DNA of 64,000 nucleotides, taken from assembly GCA_900315285.1 (NCBI GenBank), contig OMYO01000004.1:3000-66999 (forward strand). The letters run 5' to 3'. How positions within the stretch are numbered: position 1 is the stretch's first letter; the number at the start of each line of letters is the position of its first letter. This document shows positions 18,184-28,148 of this stretch, piece after piece. Position numbers and translations under genes: made by a program. Under the pieces are notes generated by a model. That model saw only the letters and a list, made by a program, of their open reading frames with translations, ran no database searches and was not told where the DNA came from. This DNA comes from an uncultured Eubacteriales bacterium (GTDB taxonomy: Bacteria > Bacillota > Clostridia > Oscillospirales > Acutalibacteraceae).

Positions 18184-20549
18184 TCCGTTTGGCACAGGAA
18201 AAGACACTGGAAGCACAGGAAAAACAGCGCGCCAAAGAACAGAAACTGGCAAAGCGCAACGTAGAGCGAAAGAAAGAGGAACTGGCCAAACAGGAGGCCT
18301 TCTCAAAGCTCAGTCCCGAGGACGAAAATACCGCTGGTTCCCCGGAGACCCAATATGATGATCATTTTGAAGACCTTCTGGAACTCATAAAGAAAGAATA
18401 CTCCGAAGAGGAGACCCAACAGGTCCTGAAGGCTTATCAATACGCGAAAGAGCAGCACAAGGACCAGCGCCGTTACTCCGGTGAGCCCTACATCATGCAT
18501 CCGGTCGCCGTGGCTCGCATCCTCTTTGAGCTGGGAATGGACTACCAGTCTGTCATAGCCGCGCTCCTTCACGACACCGTGGAGGATACCAACACATCCC
18601 TGGACGACGTAAAGAATATGTTCGGGGAAGATGTTGCCAATCTTGTGGACGGCGTCACCAAACTCGGCAAAGTCCCTCTCTCCACCTATGAGGAGCGGCA
18701 GGCAGAGAACGTACGCAAAATGCTGATCGCCATGTCCCAGGACATCCGCGTCATCATCATCAAGCTGGCGGACCGTCTCCACAACATGCGAACCCTGCAG
18801 TTCATGCGTCCTGCGAAGCAGCGGGAGAAGGCGCAGGAGACACTGGAAATCTATTCTCCCATCGCACATCGCCTCGGCATCAATACCGTAAAGGATGAGC
18901 TGGAGGATCTGTCCATCCGCTATCTGGACAATTACGGCTATACCACCATTCAGAACCTTCTAAGTGAAAACAGCAAAAAGCATCCGAACTTTGTTCCGGA
19001 TACCATAGAGAAGATCAAGACCCGGGTCCGGGAATATATTCCCAACGCCGAGGTCAACGGGCGGAAGAAGAGCATTTACGGCATCTACCGGAAAATGTAT
19101 CTCCAGGGAAAGTCCTTCAACCAGATCTACGATATCTATGCCATCCGCGTCATCGTAGACAGCGTCACCGACTGCTACAATGTTCTTGGCATTGTTCATG
19201 ACATGTACCATTCGCTGCCGAACCGGTTCAAGGACTATATCTCCACGCCAAAATCCAACATGTACCAGTCCCTGCACACCACAGTCATCAGTGAGGAGGG
19301 CATTCCCTTTGAAGTCCAGATCCGGACCTGGGAAATGCACTACACGGCGGAATATGGAATTGCCGCCCACTGGAAATACAAGCTGGGCGTCAAGGGCAGC
19401 GACAAGTTTGAACAGCGTCTGACCTGGATCCGTCAGCTTCTCGAGAGCCAGAAGGACGCCGATGACGTCGAGGATATCGTCAAGACCATCAAGACGGACT
19501 TCATTCCAGACGATGTATTTGTCTTCACACCTAAGGGCGACGTCATCAACATCCCCAATGGTGCTACCGTTATCGACTTTGCCTATGCCATCCATACCGA
19601 AGTCGGAAACCGGATGTACGGCGCCAAGGTCGACGGCAAGATCGTTCCGCTGGACTACAAGGTAAAAACCGGTCAGATCGTTGAGATTCTCCGCTCTCCG
19701 GACCCCAATAAGGGCCCGTCACGCGACTGGCTCAACATTGTAAAGACCAGCAGTGCCCGCTCCAAGATTCGCACTTGGTTCAAGAAGGAACGACGTGGCG
19801 AAAATATTGAACAGGGAAAGATTGAACTGGAGCGCACGTTCCGCCGGAATCATTTCCAGCTGGACGAGGAGGAGACCGAAGAACTTCTCCACACACTCTG
19901 CCGACGCAAGGGCTTTGACAACGAGGATGACTTCCTTGCCGCCGTCGGATACGGCAGCATCAGTGTCGACCATATTCTGCCCATTATCCGAGAGGAATAT
20001 CGGGAAATCCAGAATCGGCGCAATGCCGAGGAACTGGAGAACGGTCTGCTCTCCGAGGAGACAAATAAGCAGCCTGCCCGCAAAACCAGCAGCGAGGGTA
20101 TCATCGTAGAGGGTGTGGACGACGTCCTTGTCAAACTCTCCAAATGCTGCAACCCGCTGCCCGATGACGAGATCATCGGATTCGTCACACGCGGACACGG
20201 TCTCTCCATCCACAAAAGGGACTGTCCCAATGTCCCGAAGGATCTGGAAAACTGTGCGGAACCGGAGCGCTGGGTCAAAGTGCGCTGGGCGAAGAAGGTC
20301 AAGGAGAGCTTTGATGCCACCCTGAAGATCAACTGCGAAGATAAAATCGGAATGATGGCGGATATCTCCACAGATCTTGCCTCCATGCATGTTAGCATTC
20401 AGAACATGTCACTCCGAAATACCAAGAAGAGCGACGACTCTATCATCTATATGACCATCAAGGTCACGAGCGCAGAGCATCTCCGCTCGGTCATCAGTCA
20501 TCTTCGTAAAATTGACGGTGTAGTTTCCGTCGAGAGAAAGGGGCTCTGA
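18180..20549 (+). CDS. relA: Bifunctional (p)ppGpp synthetase/hydrolase (RSH) with a charged N-terminal extension
   Basis: HD motif HDTVEDT, synthetase YQSLHTTV, TGS (FTPKGDVINIPNGATVIDFAYAIH), C-terminal ACT. GTG at 18180 overlaps the recJ stop; an in-frame TTG at 18189 is an alternative start. Confidence 0.9.
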   Translation: MIRLAQEKTLEAQEKQRAKEQKLAKRNVERKKEELAKQEAFSKLSPEDENTAGSPETQYDDHFEDLLELIKKEYSEEETQQVLKAYQYAKEQHKDQRRYSGEPYIMHPVAVARILFELGMDYQSVIAALLHDTVEDTNTSLDDVKNMFGEDVANLVDGVTKLGKVPLSTYEERQAENVRKMLIAMSQDIRVIIIKLADRLHNMRTLQFMRPAKQREKAQETLEIYSPIAHRLGINTVKDELEDLSIRYLDNYGYTTIQNLLSENSKKHPNFVPDTIEKIKTRVREYIPNAEVNGRKKSIYGIYRKMYLQGKSFNQIYDIYAIRVIVDSVTDCYNVLGIVHDMYHSLPNRFKDYISTPKSNMYQSLHTTVISEEGIPFEVQIRTWEMHYTAEYGIAAHWKYKLGVKGSDKFEQRLTWIRQLLESQKDADDVEDIVKTIKTDFIPDDVFVFTPKGDVINIPNGATVIDFAYAIHTEVGNRMYGAKVDGKIVPLDYKVKTGQIVEILRSPDPNKGPSRDWLNIVKTSSARSKIRTWFKKERRGENIEQGKIELERTFRRNHFQLDEEETEELLHTLCRRKGFDNEDDFLAAVGYGSISVDHILPIIREEYREIQNRRNAEELENGLLSEETNKQPARKTSSEGIIVEGVDDVLVKLSKCCNPLPDDEIIGFVTRGHGLSIHKRDCPNVPKDLENCAEPERWVKVRWAKKVKESFDATLKINCEDKIGMMADISTDLASMHVSIQNMSLRNTKKSDDSIIYMTIKVTSAEHLRSVISHLRKIDGVVSVERKGL

Positions 20550-20552
20550 GTA

Positions 20553-21005
20553 TTGAGAGCAGTAATCCAGCGCGTCACAGAGGCCTCTGTCACAGTAGAT
20601 GGCAGCGTTCTCGGCTTCATTGAGAACGGATTTCTCATCCTTCTTGGAGTGGATGACACCGACACAGAGAAAGATGCCGATATCCTAGCCCGCAAAACTG
20701 CGAATCTTCGAATCTTTGAGGATGAGGAGGGGAAGATGAACCTCTCGCTTCTGGATCTCGGCTATTCCGCCCTTGTCATCTCCCAGTTCACCCTGCTGGC
20801 CGATACGAAGAAAGGGAACCGCCCCTCCTTTATCAAGGCTGCTCGTCCGGAGACCGCCATCCCGCTCTATGAGCGCTACATGGAAAAGCTTCGGGAAAAC
20901 GGGGTGACAAACGTCCAGCACGGAGAATTTGGTGCGGATATGAAAGTCCGCCTTCTGAATGATGGACCTGTCACCATTCAATATGATACCCATCAGTGGA
21001 GATAA
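20553..21005 (+). CDS. dtd: D-aminoacyl-tRNA deacylase
   Basis: MRAVIQRV.. N-terminus and [20 protein letters not shown] start. Confidence 0.9.
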   Translation: MRAVIQRVTEASVTVDGSVLGFIENGFLILLGVDDTDTEKDADILARKTANLRIFEDEEGKMNLSLLDLGYSALVISQFTLLADTKKGNRPSFIKAARPETAIPLYERYMEKLRENGVTNVQHGEFGADMKVRLLNDGPVTIQYDTHQWR

Positions 21006-21021
21006 TGGAGAGAACCGTCCT

Positions 21022-21672
21022 ATGGCATTACCCAACATCTCAATCGCCCAGCTCATACTCGGAGACTTTGGCACAAACTGTTATCTCGTAGTGGACAACG
21101 TAAGCGGCGACGGTCTGGTCATTGACCCCGCTGTCTACGATGAGAGGATAGGGGAGACCCTGGCCGAAATGGGCATGGATTCTCTCCGCTACATCATGCT
21201 GACCCACGGACACGAGGACCACATCCTCGGGGTGAATGGCCTGCGGGAACAGTACCCCGGTGTGCAGGTCATCGGCACCGAGGGCGATGCAAAATTATTC
21301 ACCGACCCGACCCTCTCTCTCGCCGAGCGGTTCGGCAAAAAACAGGATCCCATCTATCTGGATCGCATCGTATACGACGGGGACGAGGTAGACTTTGCGG
21401 GCAGTAAGATCCAGGTACTGGCCACACCTGGCCACACTCTGGGCAGCAGCTGCTTTATTCTCGGCAACATCCTGTTCTCTGGCGACACTCTGTTCCGCGG
21501 CTCTATGGGTGTCACAACGCATCCAACAGGAGACGCAGAGGCAGAATATGCCTCTCTGCAGAGGCTCAAGGCACTGCCCGGAAATTACAATGTGCTGCCG
21601 GGTCATGGCCCTCTTACTACGCTGCAGCAGGAGCGGGAGACAAATCCCTATATGAGGGAGCGGGAAGAATGA
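21022..21672 (+). CDS. MBL-fold metallo-hydrolase
   Basis: LTHGHEDH motif, ATPGHTLGS, LPGHG. Start chosen at MALPNIS; the tracked ORF begins at 20959 inside dtd. Confidence 0.85.
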   Translation: MALPNISIAQLILGDFGTNCYLVVDNVSGDGLVIDPAVYDERIGETLAEMGMDSLRYIMLTHGHEDHILGVNGLREQYPGVQVIGTEGDAKLFTDPTLSLAERFGKKQDPIYLDRIVYDGDEVDFAGSKIQVLATPGHTLGSSCFILGNILFSGDTLFRGSMGVTTHPTGDAEAEYASLQRLKALPGNYNVLPGHGPLTTLQQERETNPYMREREE

Positions 21673-23135
21673 TCATCCGACTTGTGGGAAACACCTGGCG
21701 CTACGAGATGGAGAAACTCTCCATGGCCTTTTTTCCGGACCGAAAATTTCAGATTCTGGAGCCCGGGAAACCGGAGCCAGAACATCTGGACCCGAACCAG
21801 CCTGTCATTACTGTCGTCCGTAAGGAAGATTCTGTTACCGTGACCTATCAGGACGAGGACAGAAAAAAGGCCTCCGTTGAGCCGCTTCGGGAGGGAACAG
21901 ACCCGGAGCTGGCCGCGGGTAGAGCCCTCTACAACACGCTTTCCGCCGTCACAGGACTGCGCCCCAAATGGGGCATTCTCACCGGGGTCAGGCCCTCCAA
22001 GGTCATGCGAAATCACCTGAGAACCGAGACGGACAAAGAGGCCATTTCCTATTTTGAAAATGCGCTCTATGTGGATCCAAAGAAGGCAGCGCTCGCCCAT
22101 ACCGTCGCAAGGGCAGAAGATGTCATCATTGCGGATTCCACACCGGAGTCCTGCAGTCTTTACATCTCTATCCCTTTCTGCCCAAATCGGTGTACCTACT
22201 GTTCTTTTGTCTCCCATTCCATAGGATCTCCCTCCGCCAAGAAACTTTTTCCGCAGTACTATGAAAAGCTGCTGCAAGAAGTGGAGCGGACCGGAGAGAT
22301 CTCCGCAGAATGTGGTCTTACGCTTCGCTCCATTTACATAGGAGGAGGAACGCCTTCTACGCTTTCCTCGGAACAGATTTCCGGGCTTCTCCAATGTATT
22401 TCCCGGAGCTTTGATCTGTCATCCTGCAGTGAATTCACCTTTGAAGCGGGCAGGCCGGACACGACCACTGCCGAAAAACTGCGGGCCATCAAAGAGGGGG
22501 GAGCGGACCGGATCAGCATCAACCCCCAGTCCATGACAGATGATATCCTTCAGTCCGTTGGCCGAAACCATACGGTGGAGGATATCAAACGGACATTCCG
22601 CGAGGCCAGAGAGGCCGGTTTCCAGAACATCAATATGGATCTCATAGCCGGTCTGCCGGGGGATGACCCGGAAAACTTCCGCCGTTCTCTTATGGAAGTG
22701 CTGGACCTTGACCCAGAGTCGGTCACGGTCCACACGCTGGCCATCAAAAGGTCGGCCAGCCTTATTCCTACCGAGGAACTGTTTTCCCGCGGGAATGAGA
22801 CGTCGGAAATGGTTGACACCTCGTCGGAATTGCTCTATAACAATGGTTATGCGCCCTACTATATGTACCGGCAGGCCCGAAGCGTCGGGAATCTGGAAAA
22901 TGTCGGCTGGGCAAAGCCGGGCATGGAGAGCCGTTACAATGTCTATATGATGGAGGAGTGTCATACGATCCTCGCCTGCGGTGCCGGGGCAGTCACAAAG
23001 CTCAAGCGCCCGGACAGCGACGACATTCACCGTCTTTTCAACTACAAGTACCCCTATGAATATATCAACCGCTTCGGCGCCCTGATGGAGCAGAAACGGC
23101 AAATTCTCGAATTCCACAGGGAGTCCCATTCATGA
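21669..23135 (+). CDS. HemN-family radical SAM protein (HemZ-like coproporphyrinogen dehydrogenase homologue)
   Basis: CPNRCTYC motif. About 150-aa N-terminal extension typical of HemZ. ATGA overlap with the upstream stop. Confidence 0.8.
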   Translation: MIIRLVGNTWRYEMEKLSMAFFPDRKFQILEPGKPEPEHLDPNQPVITVVRKEDSVTVTYQDEDRKKASVEPLREGTDPELAAGRALYNTLSAVTGLRPKWGILTGVRPSKVMRNHLRTETDKEAISYFENALYVDPKKAALAHTVARAEDVIIADSTPESCSLYISIPFCPNRCTYCSFVSHSIGSPSAKKLFPQYYEKLLQEVERTGEISAECGLTLRSIYIGGGTPSTLSSEQISGLLQCISRSFDLSSCSEFTFEAGRPDTTTAEKLRAIKEGGADRISINPQSMTDDILQSVGRNHTVEDIKRTFREAREAGFQNINMDLIAGLPGDDPENFRRSLMEVLDLDPESVTVHTLAIKRSASLIPTEELFSRGNETSEMVDTSSELLYNNGYAPYYMYRQARSVGNLENVGWAKPGMESRYNVYMMEECHTILACGAGAVTKLKRPDSDDIHRLFNYKYPYEYINRFGALMEQKRQILEFHRESHS

Positions 23136-24052
23136 AATGTTATTCCTTGAGCGAAATCAACCGGTCTGCCCGGGAAGATCCGCTGATATTTATTCGTAAA
23201 TCGGAGCGGGAGTACTCCCGCCGTCTCCGTACCCTGGCTGGCAAGATCTGCTCCGGAAACTCCCGAAAGATCCTAATGCTTGCCGGTCCCAGTTCCTCCG
23301 GCAAAACCACAACGGCCATCAAACTTGCAAGAAATATCCGTCTGGAAGGTCATCGCTGCTTTGTCGTTCACCTGGATGATTTCTACCGAAACCGGAATGA
23401 GATCTCTCCGGGGCCGGATGGGAAACAGGATTTTGAGAGCCCCGAATCCCTGAATCTTCCACTATTGCAGGAGACACTTCAGGCGCTGGCACAGGACGGA
23501 CGTACCGCATTGCCGGAATATGACTTTACCGCCGGCCGGCGCCGGGACTATGTGCATCCAATCCATGTGCGCCATGGAGACGCTGTTATCATTGAAGGTC
23601 TTCACGCCCTGAATCCAAAGATTTTCGAGCCTTTGGAGGAGACAGACAGCCTGTACAAGGCATATGTGAATATTTCCTCATCCATCTGCAATGATGAAGA
23701 GGACATCCTGTTCGGTCCCCGCGACATCCGCCTTTTGCGCCGGATCATCCGGGACTACAATTACCGGAACAGCAGTGTGGTCAACACATTTTCCATGTGG
23801 CCGGAGGTGCTGAAGGGGGAGGAGAAAAACCTCTTTCCCTTTGAGCCGGATGCCGATATCCGCATTGACTCTTTCCACCCATATGAAGTCTGTGTCTATA
23901 AGAAGACCGCTATGACGCTGCTGCAGAGGGTATCCCAGAGCGGCCCATACTACGCAAAAGCAGAGGGAATCATGGACAAACTTGCTCCGGTTGACCCGCT
24001 GAGCAGTCTGATTGTTCCGCGGTCGTCTCTCATTCAGGAATTCATCAAATGA
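23132..24052 (+). CDS. Uridine kinase-like P-loop nucleoside kinase
   Basis: Walker A GPSSSGKTT. ATGA overlap with the upstream gene. 306 aa. Confidence 0.7.
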   Translation: MKCYSLSEINRSAREDPLIFIRKSEREYSRRLRTLAGKICSGNSRKILMLAGPSSSGKTTTAIKLARNIRLEGHRCFVVHLDDFYRNRNEISPGPDGKQDFESPESLNLPLLQETLQALAQDGRTALPEYDFTAGRRRDYVHPIHVRHGDAVIIEGLHALNPKIFEPLEETDSLYKAYVNISSSICNDEEDILFGPRDIRLLRRIIRDYNYRNSSVVNTFSMWPEVLKGEEKNLFPFEPDADIRIDSFHPYEVCVYKKTAMTLLQRVSQSGPYYAKAEGIMDKLAPVDPLSSLIVPRSSLIQEFIK

Positions 24053-24069
24053 CAATTATTTAGGATGGT

Positions 24070-25869
24070 GTGACTTTGGGCAAAAACAAGAAGCAGGGAC
24101 AGTCGCTGGTCAGCGGCGCCATGTTCCTCATGGTGACAACCGTCATCGTCCATATCATCGGTGTACTGTATAAGATCCCGCTGACCGCAACAATTGGAAC
24201 GGTCGGCCGAGGTTATTTCACCTCCGCCTATGAGATCTATACACCCATCTATGCAATTTCCATGGCAGGCCTGCCGGTCGCCGTCTCGAAGATGGTCTCT
24301 GAGCGCATGGCGACAGGAAAGTACCGGGAAGTGCGGGAAGTCCGCGCTGTTGCAAGGAAAATCTATCTTGCCACCGGACTTATCGGCACCGCCGTTCTCA
24401 TGGGTCTGGCTTGGCCATACACCCATCTGGATTTCTTCATCCATACTCCGGAGGCATTCTGGAGTGTAATGTGCATTGCGCCCTCTATCCTGTTCTGCTG
24501 CATGATGTCCTCCTATCGGGGATACTATGAAGGACTTCGCAATATGGCGCCCACTGGGTACTCCCAGCTGCTCGAGACTGTCGGCAAGCTAGTCTTCGGC
24601 CTGGTTCTGGCAAAAATTGTGCAAAAGAGGGGGCTGGCCCAGTTCCACACCGATGGGACCGTCTTCGGCATCCCGTGCCATAACATGAGCGAGGTCAGCA
24701 GCGCCATTGCTCCCTACAGCTCCGCTGCCGCCATATTCGGCGTCACGGCCGGCACGATCCTTGGACTGATCTATCTGCAGATCCGTCATCGCACGGTGGG
24801 CGATGGAATTACCCGTGAAATGCTCCAGGGATCTCCCGATCCGGCCTCTCGCAAGAGTCTTCGGAAATCTCTGATCAATTTCGCCATCCCGGTCGTTGTC
24901 AGCTCTCTGGTTCTCAACATCACGAACCTTATCGATACCTGGTCCATTCAGAACCGCCTCTACTCCGCAATAGGAAAGAATATCGGCGTCGTGAAGGCCA
25001 TGTATAGTTCACAGTTGGCTGCATCGCATATCCTCGACAAGGATATCAAGGATTTCCTGTATGGATGCTACGGAACCGCTCTGGACTTCCGGAACATCAT
25101 TCCCACAGTTATCATGACGCTGGGCGTCAGTGCCATCCCGGTGCTCTCCGGTGCCTGGGCGGTCAAAGATAAAAAGAAGATGAAAGGGGCCATCACCTCG
25201 GTTCTGAAGACGGCAAACTCTATTGCCATCCCGGCAGGAATCGCCATGGCCATTCTGGCAGAGCCGGTTCTGCGGATCCTCTATGTCGGAACGAATGCCG
25301 AGGCCTCCATTACGATTTCTGCTCCCTTCGTCGCCATCTATGGCTATGCAGCCATTCTGCTATCCATATCCACGCCAATTACCAACATGCTGCAGGCAAT
25401 TGGCAGAGCAGATGTACCTGTTAAGGCCCTGTTGATTGGTGCTACGGCGAAGATCATTTGCAACTACACACTGGTAGGTATTCCTGCTATCAATATCAAG
25501 GGAGCGCCCATCGGTACCCTGGTATGCTATGCTTACATAGTCTGCCATAATCTTGTGGTTCTTCTGAAAGAGACACGAGTCCGCCTAAACTGGGTCGACA
25601 TCCTAATTAAGCCGTTGGGTTCCGGTATCGTCACCGGTCTGGCAACCTGGGGCACATACGCTCTGTTTATGCACATCCTTCCCGAGGGGAATATCCACAG
25701 CAGAAACGCCAACTTTACATGGGCGGCTCTCATTGCCATGGTTATCTTCCTGGTAGTATGGTTTGCAACCCTTCTGGCATTTCGTGTTCTGAACAAGAAT
25801 AATATTAAAAATCTGCCAGGTGGAGAAAAAATGTCCAGAAAGCTTGAAAAAAGAGGATTAATCCATTAA
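24070..25869 (+). CDS. MOP-superfamily flippase (SpoVB/MurJ-like polysaccharide biosynthesis protein)
   Basis: 599 aa, about 14 TM. Occupies the position equivalent to B. subtilis yabM upstream of the yabO-divIC block. GTG start is uncertain. Confidence 0.7.
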   Translation: MTLGKNKKQGQSLVSGAMFLMVTTVIVHIIGVLYKIPLTATIGTVGRGYFTSAYEIYTPIYAISMAGLPVAVSKMVSERMATGKYREVREVRAVARKIYLATGLIGTAVLMGLAWPYTHLDFFIHTPEAFWSVMCIAPSILFCCMMSSYRGYYEGLRNMAPTGYSQLLETVGKLVFGLVLAKIVQKRGLAQFHTDGTVFGIPCHNMSEVSSAIAPYSSAAAIFGVTAGTILGLIYLQIRHRTVGDGITREMLQGSPDPASRKSLRKSLINFAIPVVVSSLVLNITNLIDTWSIQNRLYSAIGKNIGVVKAMYSSQLAASHILDKDIKDFLYGCYGTALDFRNIIPTVIMTLGVSAIPVLSGAWAVKDKKKMKGAITSVLKTANSIAIPAGIAMAILAEPVLRILYVGTNAEASITISAPFVAIYGYAAILLSISTPITNMLQAIGRADVPVKALLIGATAKIICNYTLVGIPAINIKGAPIGTLVCYAYIVCHNLVVLLKETRVRLNWVDILIKPLGSGIVTGLATWGTYALFMHILPEGNIHSRNANFTWAALIAMVIFLVVWFATLLAFRVLNKNNIKNLPGGEKMSRKLEKRGLIH

Positions 25870-25921
25870 AATTAATTGTGTTTAATGCTCTCGTAATACG
25901 ATGTTTTATGGAGGAAGTAAT

Positions 25922-26194
25922 ATGAACAAAACGGAACTTGTGAATGCTGTATCTGCCGATACCGGTCTCACGAAGAAAGACGCTGAGAAAGCAGTTGTCT
26001 CCGTAATCAACTCTATCACTGCTGCTCTGAAAGAGGGCGACAAAGTACAGCTCGTCGGCTTCGGCACCTTTGAGGTCCGGAATCGCGCTGCAAAACAGGG
26101 CCACAACCCCCGCACCGGTGAGCCCATGACTGTTCCGGCTTCTAAGCTTCCGGCTTTCAAGGCTGGTAAAGCTCTGAAGGACGCAGTCAAATAA
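25922..26194 (+). CDS. hup: DNA-binding protein HU
   Basis: [10 protein letters not shown].., [35 protein letters not shown]. Confidence 0.95.
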   Translation: MNKTELVNAVSADTGLTKKDAEKAVVSVINSITAALKEGDKVQLVGFGTFEVRNRAAKQGHNPRTGEPMTVPASKLPAFKAGKALKDAVK

Positions 26195-26212
26195 TCTACC
26201 TTTAGCAAGCTC

Positions 26213-26245
26213 GGGAGAGACAGACACTGTCTCTCCCATTTTTTT
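26213..26245 (+). terminator. Intrinsic terminator after hup
   Basis: gggagagacag / ctgtctctccc stem followed by attttttt. Confidence 0.9.
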
Positions 26246-26258
26246 AGAGAGGACAAAC

Positions 26259-26501
26259 ATGAGATTAGATAAGTACCTGAAGGTCTCCCGCCTTGTAAAG
26301 CGCCGCACCGTGGCAAACGAGCTCTGTGACGCCAAGCATGTCTCCGTCAACGGGACACCTCAGAGAGCCTCTTACAATGTAAAAGAAGGGGACATCATTG
26401 AGATCACGACCGGCACCCGCGTCCTAAAGGCAAAAGTCATTTCCGTCCTGGAACATGCCACGAAGGAAAATGCGGGAGACATGTATGAACTTTTGTCGTA
26501 A
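26259..26501 (+). CDS. S4-domain RNA-binding protein (YabO-like)
   Basis: MRLDKYLKVSRLVKRRTVANE.. is an S4 motif. 80 aa. Confidence 0.85.
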   Translation: MRLDKYLKVSRLVKRRTVANELCDAKHVSVNGTPQRASYNVKEGDIIEITTGTRVLKAKVISVLEHATKENAGDMYELLS

Positions 26502-26605
26502 TTACGCGGAAATTTGGCATTCCTTAGCTTGAAATTAGCCCATGAGTTCTTTATAATAAGGACAACTGTTTTTGTGGGAACTCTCAGGGGAAAGAAGGTA
26601 ACATT

Positions 26606-26920
26606 TTGAGTAAGAGCCAGCAGAAACAGCGCAAGCGGACGAAGAACCGGAGGAGTTTCCTCCTGACCCTCGCTCTCATTGCACTGATCGGCTATTTCTG
26701 TATTTCCCTCGTATCCCTCCAGTTTCAAATCTATAACAAACAACAGGAACTCAACGCAGTTCAGACACAGTACTCCCAGGAGCTCAAAAAGAATAAAGAG
26801 CTAAAGGAGCTGGCATCGGAGGACGACCAGAACGCTTACATGGAACGTGTGGCGCGGAATGTTCTTGGTTATGCCTATCCTGGCGAAAGTGTCTACTACG
26901 ATGTGTCTTCTGACAGCTGA
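26606..26920 (+). CDS. Septum formation initiator (FtsB/DivIC family)
   Basis: Single TM followed by a coiled coil. C-terminal ERVARNVLGYAYPGESVY. TTG start after a GAAGG RBS. Confidence 0.75.
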   Translation: MSKSQQKQRKRTKNRRSFLLTLALIALIGYFCISLVSLQFQIYNKQQELNAVQTQYSQELKKNKELKELASEDDQNAYMERVARNVLGYAYPGESVYYDVSSDS

Positions 26921-26940
26921 TCAAGGAGGATCTTCAGCGA

Positions 26941-27477
26941 ATGGCATTGGAAATTGGGGAAATCGTCGAAGGGAAAGTCACCGGCCTCACCAACTTCGGA
27001 GCATTTGTCGAACTCCCGGAAAACCGGGTCGGCATGGTCCATATTTCCGAGGTCTCCAACCAGTATGTAAAGGAAATCTCAGATTTTCTGGAGAAGGGTC
27101 AGACCATTAAAGTTAAGATCCTGAATATAGACAGCGCCGGCAAAATCAGCCTCTCCATCAAGCAGGCTGGAGACGACGCACAGCTTCAGCGCCGCAACGG
27201 AGAAGAAGATCACGGAGACCATTCCCATAGAGGCCCGGGCGGAAAGGAATTCCGCGGGGAACATGGGGAACGGAAAAGCGGCAAGCGCCGCTCGGCACCC
27301 AATGTCTGGAATGGTCAGAAGAAGTCCGCTTACTCCGACCGCAACGACCTCTCCTTTGAGGAGATGATGGCGAAGTTCAAGCAGGAGAGTGACGACAAGC
27401 TCACCGACCTGAAGCACGCCACCGAGTCCAAACACGGCGGTTTTTCCCGTCGCGGCGGCAATAAGCGGTACTCTTAA
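26941..27477 (+). CDS. S1-domain RNA-binding protein (YabR-like) with an R/G/E-rich tail
   Basis: IGEIVEGKVTGLTNFGAFVELPENRVGMVHISEVS. AGGAGGA RBS. Confidence 0.85.
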   Translation: MALEIGEIVEGKVTGLTNFGAFVELPENRVGMVHISEVSNQYVKEISDFLEKGQTIKVKILNIDSAGKISLSIKQAGDDAQLQRRNGEEDHGDHSHRGPGGKEFRGEHGERKSGKRRSAPNVWNGQKKSAYSDRNDLSFEEMMAKFKQESDDKLTDLKHATESKHGGFSRRGGNKRYS

Positions 27478-27491
27478 TAATTTGAAAATCC

Positions 27492-27528
27492 ATCAGGGCA
27501 GAGGTTCTCCTTTGCTCTGATTTTTTTG
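27492..27528 (+). terminator. Intrinsic terminator
   Basis: atcagggcagagg / cctttgctctgat stem (two G-U pairs) followed by ttttttt. Confidence 0.8.
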
Positions 27529-27588
27529 TAGTTTCCAAGGCTGTCTGTTATACTAAAAGTGTAATCAAAAGCCAAAGGAGGCTATGGT

Positions 27589-28119
27589 ATGAATACTGTT
27601 ATTATTGGAAGAAAATGCACTCCGAAGGACTCCTTCAAGGAGAGAGCAGAGCAGAAGCTGGGGAAAATCGACAAGCTGTTCGGCGGCGAGGGTGATGCTA
27701 AGATCACCTGCTCCGTCATCAAGAACAAGGCTACGGTCGAACTCACCATCCACAATAATGGCATGTTCTACCGTACTCAGGCCACCGCGGACGACATGTC
27801 CGACGCCCTGGACCAGTGCATTGACATGATGATCCGGAAAATCCGCCGGAACAAGACCAAACTCTCCAAGAAACTCAAGGCCGGAAACCTTGACGACTAT
27901 CTCGGGGACGCACCGGTGGAAGAGGAGCTGGAATATGACGTGGTCCGCCATAAAAAGACCGCCGTCAAGCCCCAGACCGTGGATGAGGCCATTCTGCAGA
28001 TGAAAATGCTCGGCCACAACTTCTACATGTTTGAGAACGGAGACACTGGAGAAATCAATGTCGTCTACATTCGCCACAACGGCGGCTACGGCGTTCTGGA
28101 GCCGGACCACAACTATTAA
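27589..28119 (+). CDS. hpf: Ribosome hibernation-promoting factor, long form
   Basis: S30AE N-terminal domain plus C-terminal dimerisation domain ..FYMFENGDTGEINVVYIRHNGGYGVLEP. Confidence 0.9.
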   Translation: MNTVIIGRKCTPKDSFKERAEQKLGKIDKLFGGEGDAKITCSVIKNKATVELTIHNNGMFYRTQATADDMSDALDQCIDMMIRKIRRNKTKLSKKLKAGNLDDYLGDAPVEEELEYDVVRHKKTAVKPQTVDEAILQMKMLGHNFYMFENGDTGEINVVYIRHNGGYGVLEPDHNY

Positions 28120-28148
28120 TTACTTTTAGAAAAGGAAACCTTGCCCAC

